Assembly (NCBI GenBank): GCA_023334545.1
Contig: JAADVB010000200.1
Location: forward strand, 1 to 36,328
Length of the DNA stretch: 36,328 bases
DNA from: Salisapilia sapeloensis CBS 127946
Taxonomy: Eukaryota > Protista > Oomycota
Direction of reading: 5' to 3'
A program made the translations under genes and the position numbers. Positions 21,046 through 32,591 of this stretch are shown in pieces. The number at the start of each line of letters is the position of its first letter. Position 1 is the stretch's first letter. The notes below the pieces were generated by a model that was not told where the DNA came from, did no database searches, and worked only from the letters and a program-made list of their open reading frames with translations.

Positions 21046-22918
21046 TTACATCGTACTTGTCTCCACCTGTCCAATACTTTCATTCAGTTCTGCCACGAGT
21101 GATTCCAGTCTCGATCGTATCTGTGCTGTGTTCCCTCCTTTTAGTTGACGCACGGCAAGTACCATTCTCTACTTATGTCATGAGTATACTTTATCAGAAA
21201 AAAGAAAAAAGGAAACAAACTTTATGAACGTCTCGAAGATCATCCAGGACAGTCATTTCAGGACCTCGGAGCAGACGTCTGATCGCTTCGGACACTTGTG
21301 CACTATTCGGTCTTTCACTTGGATCCACCGATGTCATCTGAGCGATCAAGTAGGCTTCCTCCGGATACGTCTTTGCGACTTCCGGTGCGATGAAACCATG
21401 ACGAACGGCCGTAAGGACTTGAGATCGCTCCATCATCGTCGAGAATGGACAGCAGAGTTCCAGGAGGATGATACCCAGAGCGAAAATATCCGACTTGTAA
21501 GAGTACTTGGTGCTTTTCACACACTCGGCAGTCCCTCGTGCTCTTTGTATACGATGCCCGAGCTGCTCTGGGGATGCGTACGTCAGTGTTCCAAGGGCGG
21601 TGGTATGGTCGTCATAGGAGGACGATACTGGTGATCGGACGCCAATGGAGCTCGAAAGAGACTTGGAAAGACCAAAGTCACCTACTTTTGCTAGATTGTT
21701 ATGCAGGAAGATGTTGTCTGGTTTCAAGTCTCGATGGATGACGCCGTGCGCATGCAGGTGTTCGACACCACGCACGACGCCGAGAAAGAGTTTTAAACCT
21801 TCTTCATGCTTTTCACGACTACCGGATGCTCTTGCATCGACAGAAGTACGTAGCCAGGTAGTAAGAGTAGATGGTACGTCCAATCGACTTGACTGTTTTT
21901 CGGTTGAAGCGAAGCGATGGACAAAGGAACGAAAGGAATCGTGATGTGATAGGGAGTTGGAGACGCCACAAAGTTCCATTTGGATGTACAACGTCCGTTT
22001 GCGACTTGGAGTGTGGTGAGGTTCCTCACTGACTGTCGTTAGTTCATTCATCGGTTCATCGTCAAAGTCAAAGGCGTTGAAAGAGTCTTTCGGAGTGACA
22101 GGACGAGCATCCAGTGCTTGGAGGACGTTCGATTGATTCGAATGTATAAACGAGTCTTCGGACATCTCGTCGGACGCGGGTGCATGGTCTTGTTGTATAT
22201 TGTCATGCACTTCTGTCCATGCAGTATGGTAGCGAACTACGTTGGCATGGGCAGGCAATGCGGCCATGACCTTGACCTCCCGCATGATCTGTACGTCCAG
22301 AGCAGTATCCAGCTCCACTTCCTTGACAGCATACAAACAACCGTCAACTTTGCTCCTTACCTTTAGCACACGTCCCTGGCCACCACTACCAAGTGACCCG
22401 AGGACGTCAAAGTCCTGCTGGAAACGAGAGGACGAAGCAGCACCGTCGGCGGTGGATGAAACGGATGGAACGATCGAGAGCTCATTATCTACTATCTCTT
22501 CTTGACTACTGTCTACAAGCTCGAGGTATCGAGGAAATGAGTTGAGTTTGCTAGCACACGACACACTCTTCCGCAGTGAAGACGCTTCAAAGCAGTCATG
22601 TAGACTTTCCATCGGATGCGACCGCGGCACAGATAAGAGCGATTGGGCCGGCGACAGCCGCTCGAGTTGAAAGTATCCGATGAACGGATTCACTTTGTCG
22701 ATCGAACCTTTTCGCTTCCGAATGTGACGATCCGTAGGGGAAGACGGTGCATGGAGGAGCTGCCAAGAACCGTCCTCGCTAGCGGCACTCGTGGCAAAAA
22801 TAGAGGTGCTTGCACTGGAGGCTTCATCCCCTGACTCGGACGATTGGGACTTGCGTCCGTTCGGCCGGTACGCTGCTGCCGTCCGCCTCGCAGTCGTTCG
22901 AGCCGAACTCGCTTGCAT
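21046..22918 (-). CDS. eIF2-alpha kinase-like (PEK family, HRI/GCN2-type) protein kinase, exons 22918-21221 and 21168-21046, 606 aa
   Basis: RFQQDFDVLGSLGSGGQG, YAVKEV, VVRYHTAW followed by a long insert, LYIQMELC, HRDLKPDNIF, DFGLS, GTLTYASPEQL, KSDIFALGIILLEL, ER..VL. A 52-nt GT-AG intron adds a 40-aa helical C-terminal exon. Confidence 0.85.
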
Positions 22919-23641
22919 ATGGCTGCTTGGGATCTGATACTGGGTGCTACGTACGACGCAAAGGAGTGACAATCACTTGGAGAGTATTTTTTCTTTCGAT
23001 TTATGCAGACTGTCAAGTGAGAAATGTAATGGAGTCAAGTAAAAGTATCCGCTAGCACCAGGTACCCCCTTCTTATCTACCTGCCGAGCAGGAACTGGCA
23101 TTGCGTATCTCGACGCGATCGGCGCCGCTACACTTGCCTACAGTATGTGAGAGTATCCGGTCCCTGATTGGCTGCAATTTAACACGGCGATTACTCGTGT
23201 GCTCTCGGAGCGATGATGGATAAAGCGATCCTCCATCCGTTGTACGTGACACATGCCCAAGGCAAGTCTCTGCGACCTATTCGAACGTATGCACGAAGAG
23301 CTTTCTTGGCAATCAACATGCAGTGACAAATCGTCCTGCCAACCAGACGCAGCATTTCCACCAATCGTCTTCGTTAAAAACCCACTCGTTCCCTGTCAAA
23401 CTCGATCTCTTCGACTTCAGATTCGACGAGCGGCTACGAAGCGTTAAGCGTTTGGCACGTTATCTACCCTCGTACGTTCCATACTCGTCTACCTCTACAT
23501 CCTTCCTACCCAACATACATATATAAACCATATCGATCTTATAACCCCTCTTCTATCTCCCAATCGACTCGATGCCAGCATGAAACTAATAAACATCGTA
23601 GATCGACAGACCCTCACCACCGACATTAATACACTTTTCCA

Positions 23642-25346
23642 ATGGCTCTTCTTCGGCGAATTACCCAGCGATCTGCTCGACCGCTACAGTCTGTCCGGAA
23701 CACATCGATTGCTCGATACTCGGTACCTTCTCATGTCGATGCGTCCATCGAAGAGAAGATGAAGGCGAGTGAGCATTTCGATCTCATCGTCATCGGATCC
23801 GGGCCGGCTGGCCAAAAGTGTGCGATTGACCATGCCAAGCACGGCAAGTCCGTTGCACTCGTTGACAAGCGAGATATGATCGGAGGTGTCTGCGCCCACA
23901 CCGGCACCATCCCTTCCAAAGTACTTTTACTTACTATCTATCGATCCGTCCTCGTCTCACCTGCTCTGATAGACCTTCCGTGAAGCTATCCTCCACTTCA
24001 CGGCCCATCGCCACCGGAACTTTTACCGCGGCCAGTCCGCTCCGTTTCATCGCTTCGGCATCGAAGACATCCTCCAGCGCGTGAAGAAGGTGGAAGACGC
24101 CGAGCTCGATGTCATTCGTCACCAGCTCCTTCGCAACAACGTGGAGCTCGTGACTGGCAGCGCTCGCTTCCTCCCGTCGGATGAGAACAACACGATCGGT
24201 GTCTTCTCCAACGACGAGCACAGCGCCGCGGAACCGACGGACGGGAAGCGTCATCACAACGCAGACGTCTGCAAGCGCGTGCTGACGGCCGACAAGTTCC
24301 TCATCTGTGTCGGGACCCACCCTGCTCGTCGCGAGGACATCCCGTTCGACGGCGAGACTATCTTTGACAGTGACCAGATCCTCTGGGGCCGCGTCAAGAC
24401 CGCACCCAAGCGTTTGATCGTCGCCGGCGCTGGTGTCGTCGGCATGGAGTACGCTTCCATGCTGAACATCATCCCTGGCACGGAAGTGACGGTCGTGGAT
24501 CCGCGTAAAGAGATCCTCGACATGGCGGACAAAGAAGTGTCCGAGTCGCTCTGCTACGCCATGCGTCAAATGGGCGCTCGTTTCTTGACGAACGAAGTGA
24601 TTAAGAGTGTACGAAAGGAAGGAAAAGAAGTATACGTCGAGTTAAATAGTGGCAAGACGGTCGTGGGCGACGGTCTCTTGTACACGCTAGGTCGACAGGG
24701 TAACACAAAGGGCTTGAACCTCGAAGCCGTTGGATTGGAGACGGATAAGCGAGGACTTATCCAAGCCGATGACAACTTCCAGACGGCCGTGCCGCACATT
24801 TATGCTGCTGGAGACTGCATCGGCTTCCCTGCCCTCGCGTCGACGTCCATGGAGCAAGGACGACTGGCGTCCATCCACATGCGGACGTCTCTGCCGACAA
24901 ACAAGAAGAGAGAGGAGCAGGGCGCAACGAACGACCCGGACTACCAACGCACGCGCATGCGTTCGGGTGAGATCTTCCCCTTCGGTATCTATACGGTGCC
25001 GGAGATCAGTATGATCGGCAAGAACGAGCAGCAGTTGACGAGTGAAGGTATCTCGTACGAAGTCGGAATGGCGAGATATGAGGAGTTGGCCAAGGGACAG
25101 ATGCTCGGAGGCGTCGCTGGTTTCTTGAAGATCCTCTTCTGCCCCAAGACGCTTAAGCTCCTTGGTGTTCATGCTATTGGAGAAGGTGCGACGGAGATTA
25201 TTCATATTGGCCAGGTCGTTATGACCATGGGTGGGGATCTCGAGTACTTCCGACACACGGTCTTTAACTACCCGACGCTCGCAGAGGCCTACCGAGTGGC
25301 AGCGCTAAATGGCCTGAGCAAGTGTGGTAGTCGATTGGCAGAGTAG
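23642..25346 (+). CDS. sthA: Soluble pyridine nucleotide transhydrogenase (Si-specific NAD(P)+ transhydrogenase, SthA/UdhA-type), exons 23642-23920 and 23973-25346, 550 aa
   Basis: FAD motif [24 protein letters not shown] has one Cys where disulfide reductases have CxxxxC. NAD motif [23 protein letters not shown], and C-terminal [17 protein letters not shown] lacking the HPT catalytic His. A 52-nt intron joins PSK to TFREAI. Confidence 0.9.
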
Positions 25347-25929
25347 AAAAATCAATACAAGTACTCTGGACTTTGAAAATACTCCTTGTAGCATGTAAAG
25401 ATGCAGGTCATACGGTGATGTCGAGAGCATCGTCATACCGGTAAGTGTTGTGGGATAGATTCCATGTACTGGGTGTTGTTGCAATGCACACCAGCACGGC
25501 TTTCTTCGGAGGACACTATGACACATGATAATGACCAAATTGATTTCTTGCACAACATGCTCTGCGCTTCAGAAGCCAGTGCTTCAATGGCTCTCTTCCT
25601 CTGAGACCGCGCTATCCATAAAGACATTAAGAAAGTACTGCCCATGGAGACTCGAAGGTTATCCAGGAACAAGATTCTTCCCACTATCAGGATAATTTGC
25701 ATTGCTATCGACGTCTATCATACATAAGACTCTTTCATAAATGACTGCACACGAGTCTAGTGTGAAAGCATGGACATAGTCCGTATTGAGTACAAGCACG
25801 AGCGGTGGCTCGCGGTTGTAGCCGGTCTGATACTGTTAGGAGCACAAAAGTTCGCAAATAAACCTGAGCTACGATAGTTTCTACCTTGACTTGCATTTAC
25901 GCTTGGTAAATTTTGGATATCACAGCATC

Positions 25930-26011
25930 GTGGACTGAATTTGTCTACCAAGAGTGATGGGTTTCGGTCATCACGAAATTGTGGACTAGATTTGTCTATC
26001 CAAAGTGATGG
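25930..26011 (+). repeat. Imperfect 31-bp direct repeat, two copies (25930-25960 and 25981-26011)
   Basis: gtggactgaatttgtctaccaagagtgatgg versus gtggactagatttgtctatccaaagtgatgg. Confidence 0.7.
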
Positions 26012-26478
26012 ATTGTATTAAACCTAATCCTTTTAATTAATTTTATAGATAAAACTATACTTTACTTTTCTTTATCTTTTAGTATTAGATCGAGGCATAA
26101 CCAAAGACGCTTTCTTCGGGCATTTTCACATCATTTAAAGCTCGCAAACACTCTTACTCGCTTGTAATAATATACTTTCGGCAAACGCGATCCATATAAC
26201 AGCATTTGAGATGGACTTGTAGGTCAGTCGACATCAAATTTTATGCCGCGACCTTTGCGGTCACAAGGACAAAGTTGAAGTATACATGTGTGTTTCGCAT
26301 CCGATACTATGTGTGGGCTGTAGAAAGATGCAAAGGTTTCAGATGAACTGCATACACACGAAGTATTGGAGCGTTATTAATATCACTGGATTCTTGGTAA
26401 CTCTCCGTTGTAAATAAGTCAACACGTGCACATCAGCACAGTTTTTTTAGTCAGCTTACCCTGAGAAGGTGAATATCT

Positions 26479-26494
26479 GTTCACTCGCAATTTC
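26479..26494 (+). promoter_or_regulatory. Oomycete-type INR/FPR core promoter candidate
   Basis: GTTCACTCGCAATTTC resembles the oomycete GCTCATTYBNNNWTTY core element and lies 21 nt before the ATG at 26516. Confidence 0.45.
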
Positions 26495-26515
26495 ACTGAC
26501 TACGACATAAGCAGA

Positions 26516-27928
26516 ATGAGCTTGAGCGGAAAATTGACTACTTTGGCTACTATCTGCCTATTCATTGCTGTCACTTCTGACTGCAACTTTAAAACCAGAA
26601 CGCTTATGTCCGACTGCAATGGCCAATGTGATGGCTATGATGCATGCGCCATTCACGATGAAAATAAAAACTCTTTCCCGTTTGGATGTAGAGATAACAC
26701 CGATAAGGATTGGTGCAAGAATGCATCCGACGCGCCGGAAGAGTGCCGCTCTCCAGACAAGACTGGTTGCGTATACCAATGTTTCCATCTCTTCAACTCC
26801 AATAGCTCCACTTTCGAATTGCCTATTCTCGGAGCAAACTTTACCGATTCAGACGTTCCAACTACACCATGGGTTCCTCAAACTTTTGCTAGGGGCGTAG
26901 ATGTTCGAATTCCGGATCATATCGACACGCTGTATGTGTATCTCCACTTTTATAGGTACCTAGAGATGGTACTAATGATCAACCCTGTAGCAAGGTGGCT
27001 TTCCATCCGACAGAATATTCTTTCCCGCAAACAACCATAACTATTACGAATGAAAAATCGCATTGGGAAAGAATCTCAAGACCATTTCTTTCGACCGTCT
27101 TCGATTTTCACCGGGAATTTGGATGTATACAAGTTCATGCCCAACTGGAAGCAAGCTCTAGCAGATAAAGACATACAAAGCTTTACGCTGACGCACAGCA
27201 TGGCAAGCTATTTTCCGAAGGAAGACTACTTGCGGAATGCCCGCACCATGTAAGGCCTCTTCAGAGTATTTACCTAAGAAGTACGTGAGGAAACTAATTA
27301 TTTTCATGCAAAACAGCGACGTGAATCATGATATGTTCCTTGACATCTCACGGGATTTAAATCTAGAGAGCAGTCGCAACGTACAAACTATGGTACGTCT
27401 GCTATTGAATTCGATAGCTCATGCAAATAAGTTACCACAGAAACTTAGCATACGTGATCTAGGATTTATCGCAAGCTCTTAGCACGGCAAAGAACCTCGA
27501 TACACTGTACGATTCTTTAACGCACTTGTATAAATATAAACTAACAGGCCTATTCGGATGGATGCTATAGAAGTATCACGGGTAGTCTCGGCTACAACCG
27601 AACCGTGACACCCGAACTCTTCGAGATATTGAAAAAGGCGAACGTAGTCATCAGTGAAGAGTGGCTAGCCACTAATTCCCATTGTGATGACGGTCACGTC
27701 GAGGATATTGAGGGTACCCCGTACGAAGTATGCGTACTAGGAGGAGGTATGTCGGGTGGAACTATCACTGCGATTGTCGTTCCAATCCCCGTTGTCGTCA
27801 TCACCGTGGCTGGTTTCATCTTGTATTGATGCCGAAGCAAGAAGCGCACGCAAGGGGAGCGTCACAACAGCGACACTATCGCGGATAACAATCTTTCGGA
27901 GCCACTTCCAAGTGCCGAAAAAGCATAA
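26516..27928 (+). pseudogene. Disrupted paralog of the Cys-rich/LRR receptor-like gene at 6502-7872
   Basis: Same 5-exon layout and homologous peptides (CNFKTRTLMSDC..C...DAC versus CEMETKILTTDC..C...DAC; DVRIPDH versus DVRVPDH; FPKEDYL versus IPEGDYL; GMSGGTITAIVVPI versus GLSGGKIAAIIVPI). Inferred exon 2 (26991-27249) and exon 3 have lengths of 3n+1. In-frame TAG at 27460-27462 and TGA at 27827-27829. Confidence 0.72.
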
Positions 27929-28274
27929 ATTAATCTTGAATCCGACCCACTCGTCTAACGATCATCAATTTAAGCTATGAATTCTATACTTTGCCAACTC
28001 GATTTGCACATTTGAAGCTTTATTTCTTTTAATATCTCCCGCCGAACAATATTGATCTACTAGAAAACCACATATGCTACTTTATTGAAACTTTGGTTGC
28101 TGTAAAAGCCGATTGCTGAACCGACTTCCTTTAAAGTATCTGCCTAACATATATTGTTCTACACCAAGCATGGAAACTCAGTGGCTCAATGTGATTAGTT
28201 ATTATAAGTCAGTGATTCGATCATCAAGTACTTACTCTAGACAGCAACCGCTAGAAAGTTTAATTCAGTTACGA

Positions 28275-30193
28275 TCACTTTTCCAAGATACTACCATCTT
28301 TTAGCATTTTGCGTAATGCAAAGGCAATCTGTACTGCTGTCGGTCGTTCTTTCGGTTCGAAATTCAGGCACTTATCTACAAGCCTCCGCATTGCACGTGG
28401 ACAGTCCTCGGAGACACTAGGCTTGATAACACCACTTGCAACGCGGTGCATGAGCGCAAAGTCTGGGAGTTTCTTGCCTTTTGTATCCGTTGCATCATGT
28501 AGAGGTAGCTTATGTGTATCCAACTCGGTCAGGATGGCACCAAACGAGTAAGAATCACAAGTATGGTCGTAAAACTCACCGGCCACTACTTCTGGTGCTA
28601 GCCACTACGACATAAATAAAGTAATCGTTAGTAAATATAAAGAAATATATGTACATATAAAGAAATGAATATAAGATTGCTACACATACCCGAGCAGTTC
28701 CAACGGCCTGGGTGGTCATGGTGTTGTTGTCCGACATGAGCCGAGCGGAGCCAAAGTCACTCACTTTTGCCACCATCTCTTCTGACAGAAGAACGTTGCG
28801 AGACTTGAGGTCACGATGGACGATCGGACGGTCGAAGGACTGAACATACACGAGTGCTTCGGCAATGTCAATAGCGATACAAAGCTTCTCGTTGGTCCAA
28901 TGGTGCGGCACCGTCGAGCGCTGTAGATACTCTCGCAAATCACCATTGGGCATGTATTCGAAGAGGGCCTGAAAGTTAGATTTCATCGTCCATGCCACAC
29001 CAATACACTCAATGACGTTCGAATGCTCGATCTTGGCCACAAGCTTTACTTCATCAACGAACTTTTCGAATACTGCTGGATCTACGGCTTTTCGAACTAG
29101 CCTTTTGGATGCGTAGTATGTGTTGTAATACGACACGAGCCAGACAACTCCAAAAGCTCCGGACCCAAGAATCTTTTTGTCCTGGATTTCTGCATAATTT
29201 AACTTTTTGTCGATGAGCTCTCTGTCGCTCCAGAGGTCGTAGATGTTCGAGTCTTTGACTAAGACGCCAATATTGGATGAAGGCACAGGCTGGGTTACTG
29301 TCTCGGTGTTTGTCGTTACTCCACCATCTAAGTACCCATCCTCAAGTTTTGCGGTCGAAGCTGACTTGCGTCGACGTAACCACCAATACACCACGCCAGC
29401 TAAAATAAGAAGAACTACAACGACTGGAATCACGATGAAAAATGTACTGACTTCATCGTCTTCACCTCGATCGTTTGCAACACTGCCAATTGATGAAGTG
29501 TCATAACCTTTTGAAAAGCTCGATGGATTTTGTACAGAGTTGTCAGTTGCGAAGTCATTGAAAGCTCCTGAAGAGCTGGACAAATTTAAGTCTGTTACAT
29601 CACTTTTATCTTCGTCGATTCCAGAATTACCATCTAGTTCACTTTCAGAAGCCGCTGAGGATATTCCTGAATGCGAAATTATCAAAGAAGCTCCAGATGA
29701 GTCTAACGGAACTATCATGGCCCCATATGCATTGAGAGGTATATCCTCGTGGCCAGGAAATATAAAGTCGATCCAATATGCTACTATGAAAACAAATGAA
29801 AACGATAATATACATACAAAATATAAAGTCATTACCATTTGAACTTGTGAAGTCTGGAAGCTCTCCGCTAGTCAAATAATGGTTGCATGACTCTAGGTAG
29901 AAGCCATGAAGCATGGACACATCAATCTCTGTAAATTCCTCTAAGTTGTACGTGCAGCTATCCAAGCCTCGATAAAATAAATCGTAAATTTTAGCGCATG
30001 ACACAGAGCACTCAAAGTTTAAAGTGGTATAATCCACACAAACTGCTTCATCAGACCCATATCCTTCATACTTGACAAGGGCGTCGGTGATAGACTCCTC
30101 CTGACTTGCATGACAATTTTGGCTTTGGCTTAGCACATTTCGAAGGAAAACTGCGCTAAAGAGTAATATGGGGTAGGAAACCGATTGACCCAT
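28275..30193 (-). CDS. Single-pass TKL receptor-like kinase with a 6-Cys ectodomain, exons 30193-29836, 29783-28690, 28604-28275, 593 aa
   Basis: Signal peptide MGQSVSYPILLFSAVFL, Cys-rich domain, Ser-rich stalk, TM FFIVIPVVVVLLILAGVVYWWL followed by RRRK. Kinase motifs GSGAFG, ASK, DEVKL, FEYMPNGDL, HRDLKSRNVLL, DFG, GTAR|WLAPE (85-nt intron), DSYSFG, ERPTA. This motif set is typical of oomycete TKL kinases. Confidence 0.9.
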
Positions 30194-31030
30194 GGCAGGT
30201 AAGCTTGCAGTCTCAGTATCCTGGTGTGGTGATGAAGGACCTTTGGAGAATGGGAATTGATTGCTATTATGAAGACCCATGAGAAGTTGAAACCTTCTAC
30301 GCGAAAGGATGAAAAGTTTCAGTAAAGCGCAGTCATAAGGATCTGACCCTTCGCCAGCTTAAGGACCAATCTGTATACGCGCCTCGTCAAACCGAACTCT
30401 CGAGCTTCGAGTAAATCTAGTTAGGGGAGGCGAAAAGTAGATCGTCAAGGGTTTATAGTATCTTATGCGCCAAGTTACCATCATTAGAAATCGCTAACGC
30501 TTAGCCATACTGATATGAACGCAAATGTTACTTGTACTTGCCTACGAGAAAGATAATGACTCGTATAGTAGCTCTTTATTATCCCCGGAAGGACAGTATT
30601 AGCAGTTCAATTCCTTCCAGTTGATATCAAGATGGCGCCAGTTTGAAGTCACCGTTGCTTTGCGCCCTTCTACAAAATGTATCTAAAGCATCTCGAAACG
30701 AAGATTTTATAACTGGAACGTAACTCCCAAAGATGTAGCTTGTCCCAGGTGTTCCGGCTTGAACTCTTCTCCTATGTTTGTACCTATAGCGTTGGAGAGC
30801 ATATAGTAGAATATAGCTTGTATCTATGAAAGTATAAGATTATCTAACAATGTCTGCAGGTAAGCAGGGAGAGCTTTCTGTAGGTATTTAATCTATGATA
30901 TCAAGTATTGTATAAGCAAGCGAACAGTCCATTTGTACCACATCCATCTCTAACTATGACAAAAATATAATCTAGACCAAAGTTGACTTGTCCATTTCCC
31001 ATATCAAAATCCTTCATAAACTACCTCTTC

Positions 31031-32131
31031 CTAATGCCTTCGCGGCGTGCTGCTCATGGATCCAGACGTCCTCGGTACTTCATCGTCTGTCAATCCATCA
31101 GGTATGGGTTCATAACCATCCTTACTCTCCGCTTCATCGCGACTATCGCCCCATAGCGTATACAAAAGGAAATAGAGGACAACAACTTCCACCACGTGCT
31201 TACTCGCGACGAATAGCCACCACCATTTACTCGAAATACCTGCTCCTGCTTGATGGAACTTTGCGAGACTGATGAGCGAATAGCCTAGGAAGATGCTATG
31301 GGTGATGAGGAAAGCAGCTCCGATCGTCGTTGCCCAGTTCACAGCTTTAATTCGATCCGTCGTATCGATTTGACTCACTTCCAAAAACGCTTGGAGCACC
31401 GTTTTCATCCGATAGCTATACACGAGCACAGCTGCAAGACTTAGTAAAGAAACGATGCCGAGGACCGTGTCATTGTACATCATGAGCCAATACGAATCAG
31501 CTCGCTGGCATAAAAAGATGCCGACACCAATCGCTTGGAGACTTACTAGAAGCAGCACCAAGAGACCGAATAGACGCATCGGCCGAGGAGCTTTGGAAGT
31601 TTCATGTGTGAATAGTCGACGCAGCATGTCGGCCCAGAAGACGACGATAAGCATGAAGACGCTGTATAATAAGATGGACCCTAGTCTTTCGACGATTTCG
31701 GATACAAGGAATTGGCCCCATCCGTTGTCTCCTTTATGCAGCCTCTCTGGTTCTACTAGGACGGAGAGAACACCATAAGGGGTGGAGAACCAGACGACGC
31801 GAATGAAGGCACAGAGACCTAATAAGAGATAAAATCCAAGCGTTGGTGGCTGCCTTTGGGAAGAACACATGTGCTTTGCAAACGCCCAGAAAGCAAAGAA
31901 GCAAGCCCCTCCATAGAAAACAGCTAGGACAGTATCCACGTGCCGGAATTCCAGGTCGAGGTGGATCGAGGGTGCTGGCAGAGACAAAGTCATATTGAAA
32001 GTCAGTATACGTGTGGTAAATGATAAAAAGATGATAAAGGATGCTGCCAAGCGATGGGAGAAGATCATACCTGGTGGCGGTGTCTCAATCGAAAGTGGCG
32101 GCTCGGAATCATCATACACGGAGCGAAGCAT
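31031..32131 (-). CDS. Seven-TM protein of THH1/TOM1/TOM3 (GPR137-like) type
   Basis: An N-terminal hydrophobic segment plus seven TM segments. FYLLLGLCAFIRVVWF and LLYSVFMLIVVFWAD match the TOM1/GPR137 pattern. The acidic tail contains YEPI. Confidence 0.75.
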   Translation of the reverse strand: MLRSVYDDSEPPLSIETPPPGMIFSHRLAASFIIFLSFTTRILTFNMTLSLPAPSIHLDLEFRHVDTVLAVFYGGACFFAFWAFAKHMCSSQRQPPTLGFYLLLGLCAFIRVVWFSTPYGVLSVLVEPERLHKGDNGWGQFLVSEIVERLGSILLYSVFMLIVVFWADMLRRLFTHETSKAPRPMRLFGLLVLLLVSLQAIGVGIFLCQRADSYWLMMYNDTVLGIVSLLSLAAVLVYSYRMKTVLQAFLEVSQIDTTDRIKAVNWATTIGAAFLITHSIFLGYSLISLAKFHQAGAGISSKWWWLFVASKHVVEVVVLYFLLYTLWGDSRDEAESKDGYEPIPDGLTDDEVPRTSGSMSSTPRRH

Positions 32132-32591
32132 GATCTAAATCGGTACTTGCGATGCTCTTTACGATATAAATCCGCAGTGTGTTTTAGCTTCGTCTCACAT
32201 CAAGTCTTAGAGGTTAATCCACTATTTTACACCCTTTAATCTCCATCTCAGTAGATACCTCAAAGTATCTCTACTTGCATGCGACGTATAGAAAGCCTTC
32301 AGCTATAAAAGATTACAAGTGTACATTGAAAAACAAGTTGATAGATCAAAGCAGGTTTGATCTACTAGAAAGCGTATTTGATTCCAAAACTGGACGTCAC
32401 ATGTATTTTGAAAAGAGGTAGAAGGAGGAGGCTTGGCGAATAAGTTAAATACGCGCTGTGTCGCTATCCACGGCGCTGGCCAAAAATGCAAACGGAGATC
32501 TCCGAGGCGGGAGTCCTAAGACTGCAAAGTCGTCGAGCATTGTCGAGAGGTTCTAAACCGGTAGTGTCGGACGGCATTTGCGTCACGTAGT

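Noticed and set aside
29-22972. ORF-track starts at 29, 12738 and 22972
   Set aside because: These are TTG/GTG starts; downstream ATGs (47, 12828, 22918) fit eukaryotic initiation and, for the protease, the signal peptide.
23934-25256. 211-aa and 189-aa antisense ORFs
   Set aside because: Shadows of the transhydrogenase coding strand.
1435-25346. Functional NAD link between the TIR protein and the transhydrogenase
   Set aside because: They are about 18 kb apart with unrelated housekeeping genes between them, in a eukaryotic genome without operons.
11010-27829. Idea that TGA is recoded, because several broken frames contain mainly TGA stops
   Set aside because: TGA terminates the RWP-RK gene (14088-14090), no well-conserved gene here needs TGA read-through, and the receptor pseudogene also has a TAG and frameshifts. 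Mutational decay explains the pattern better.
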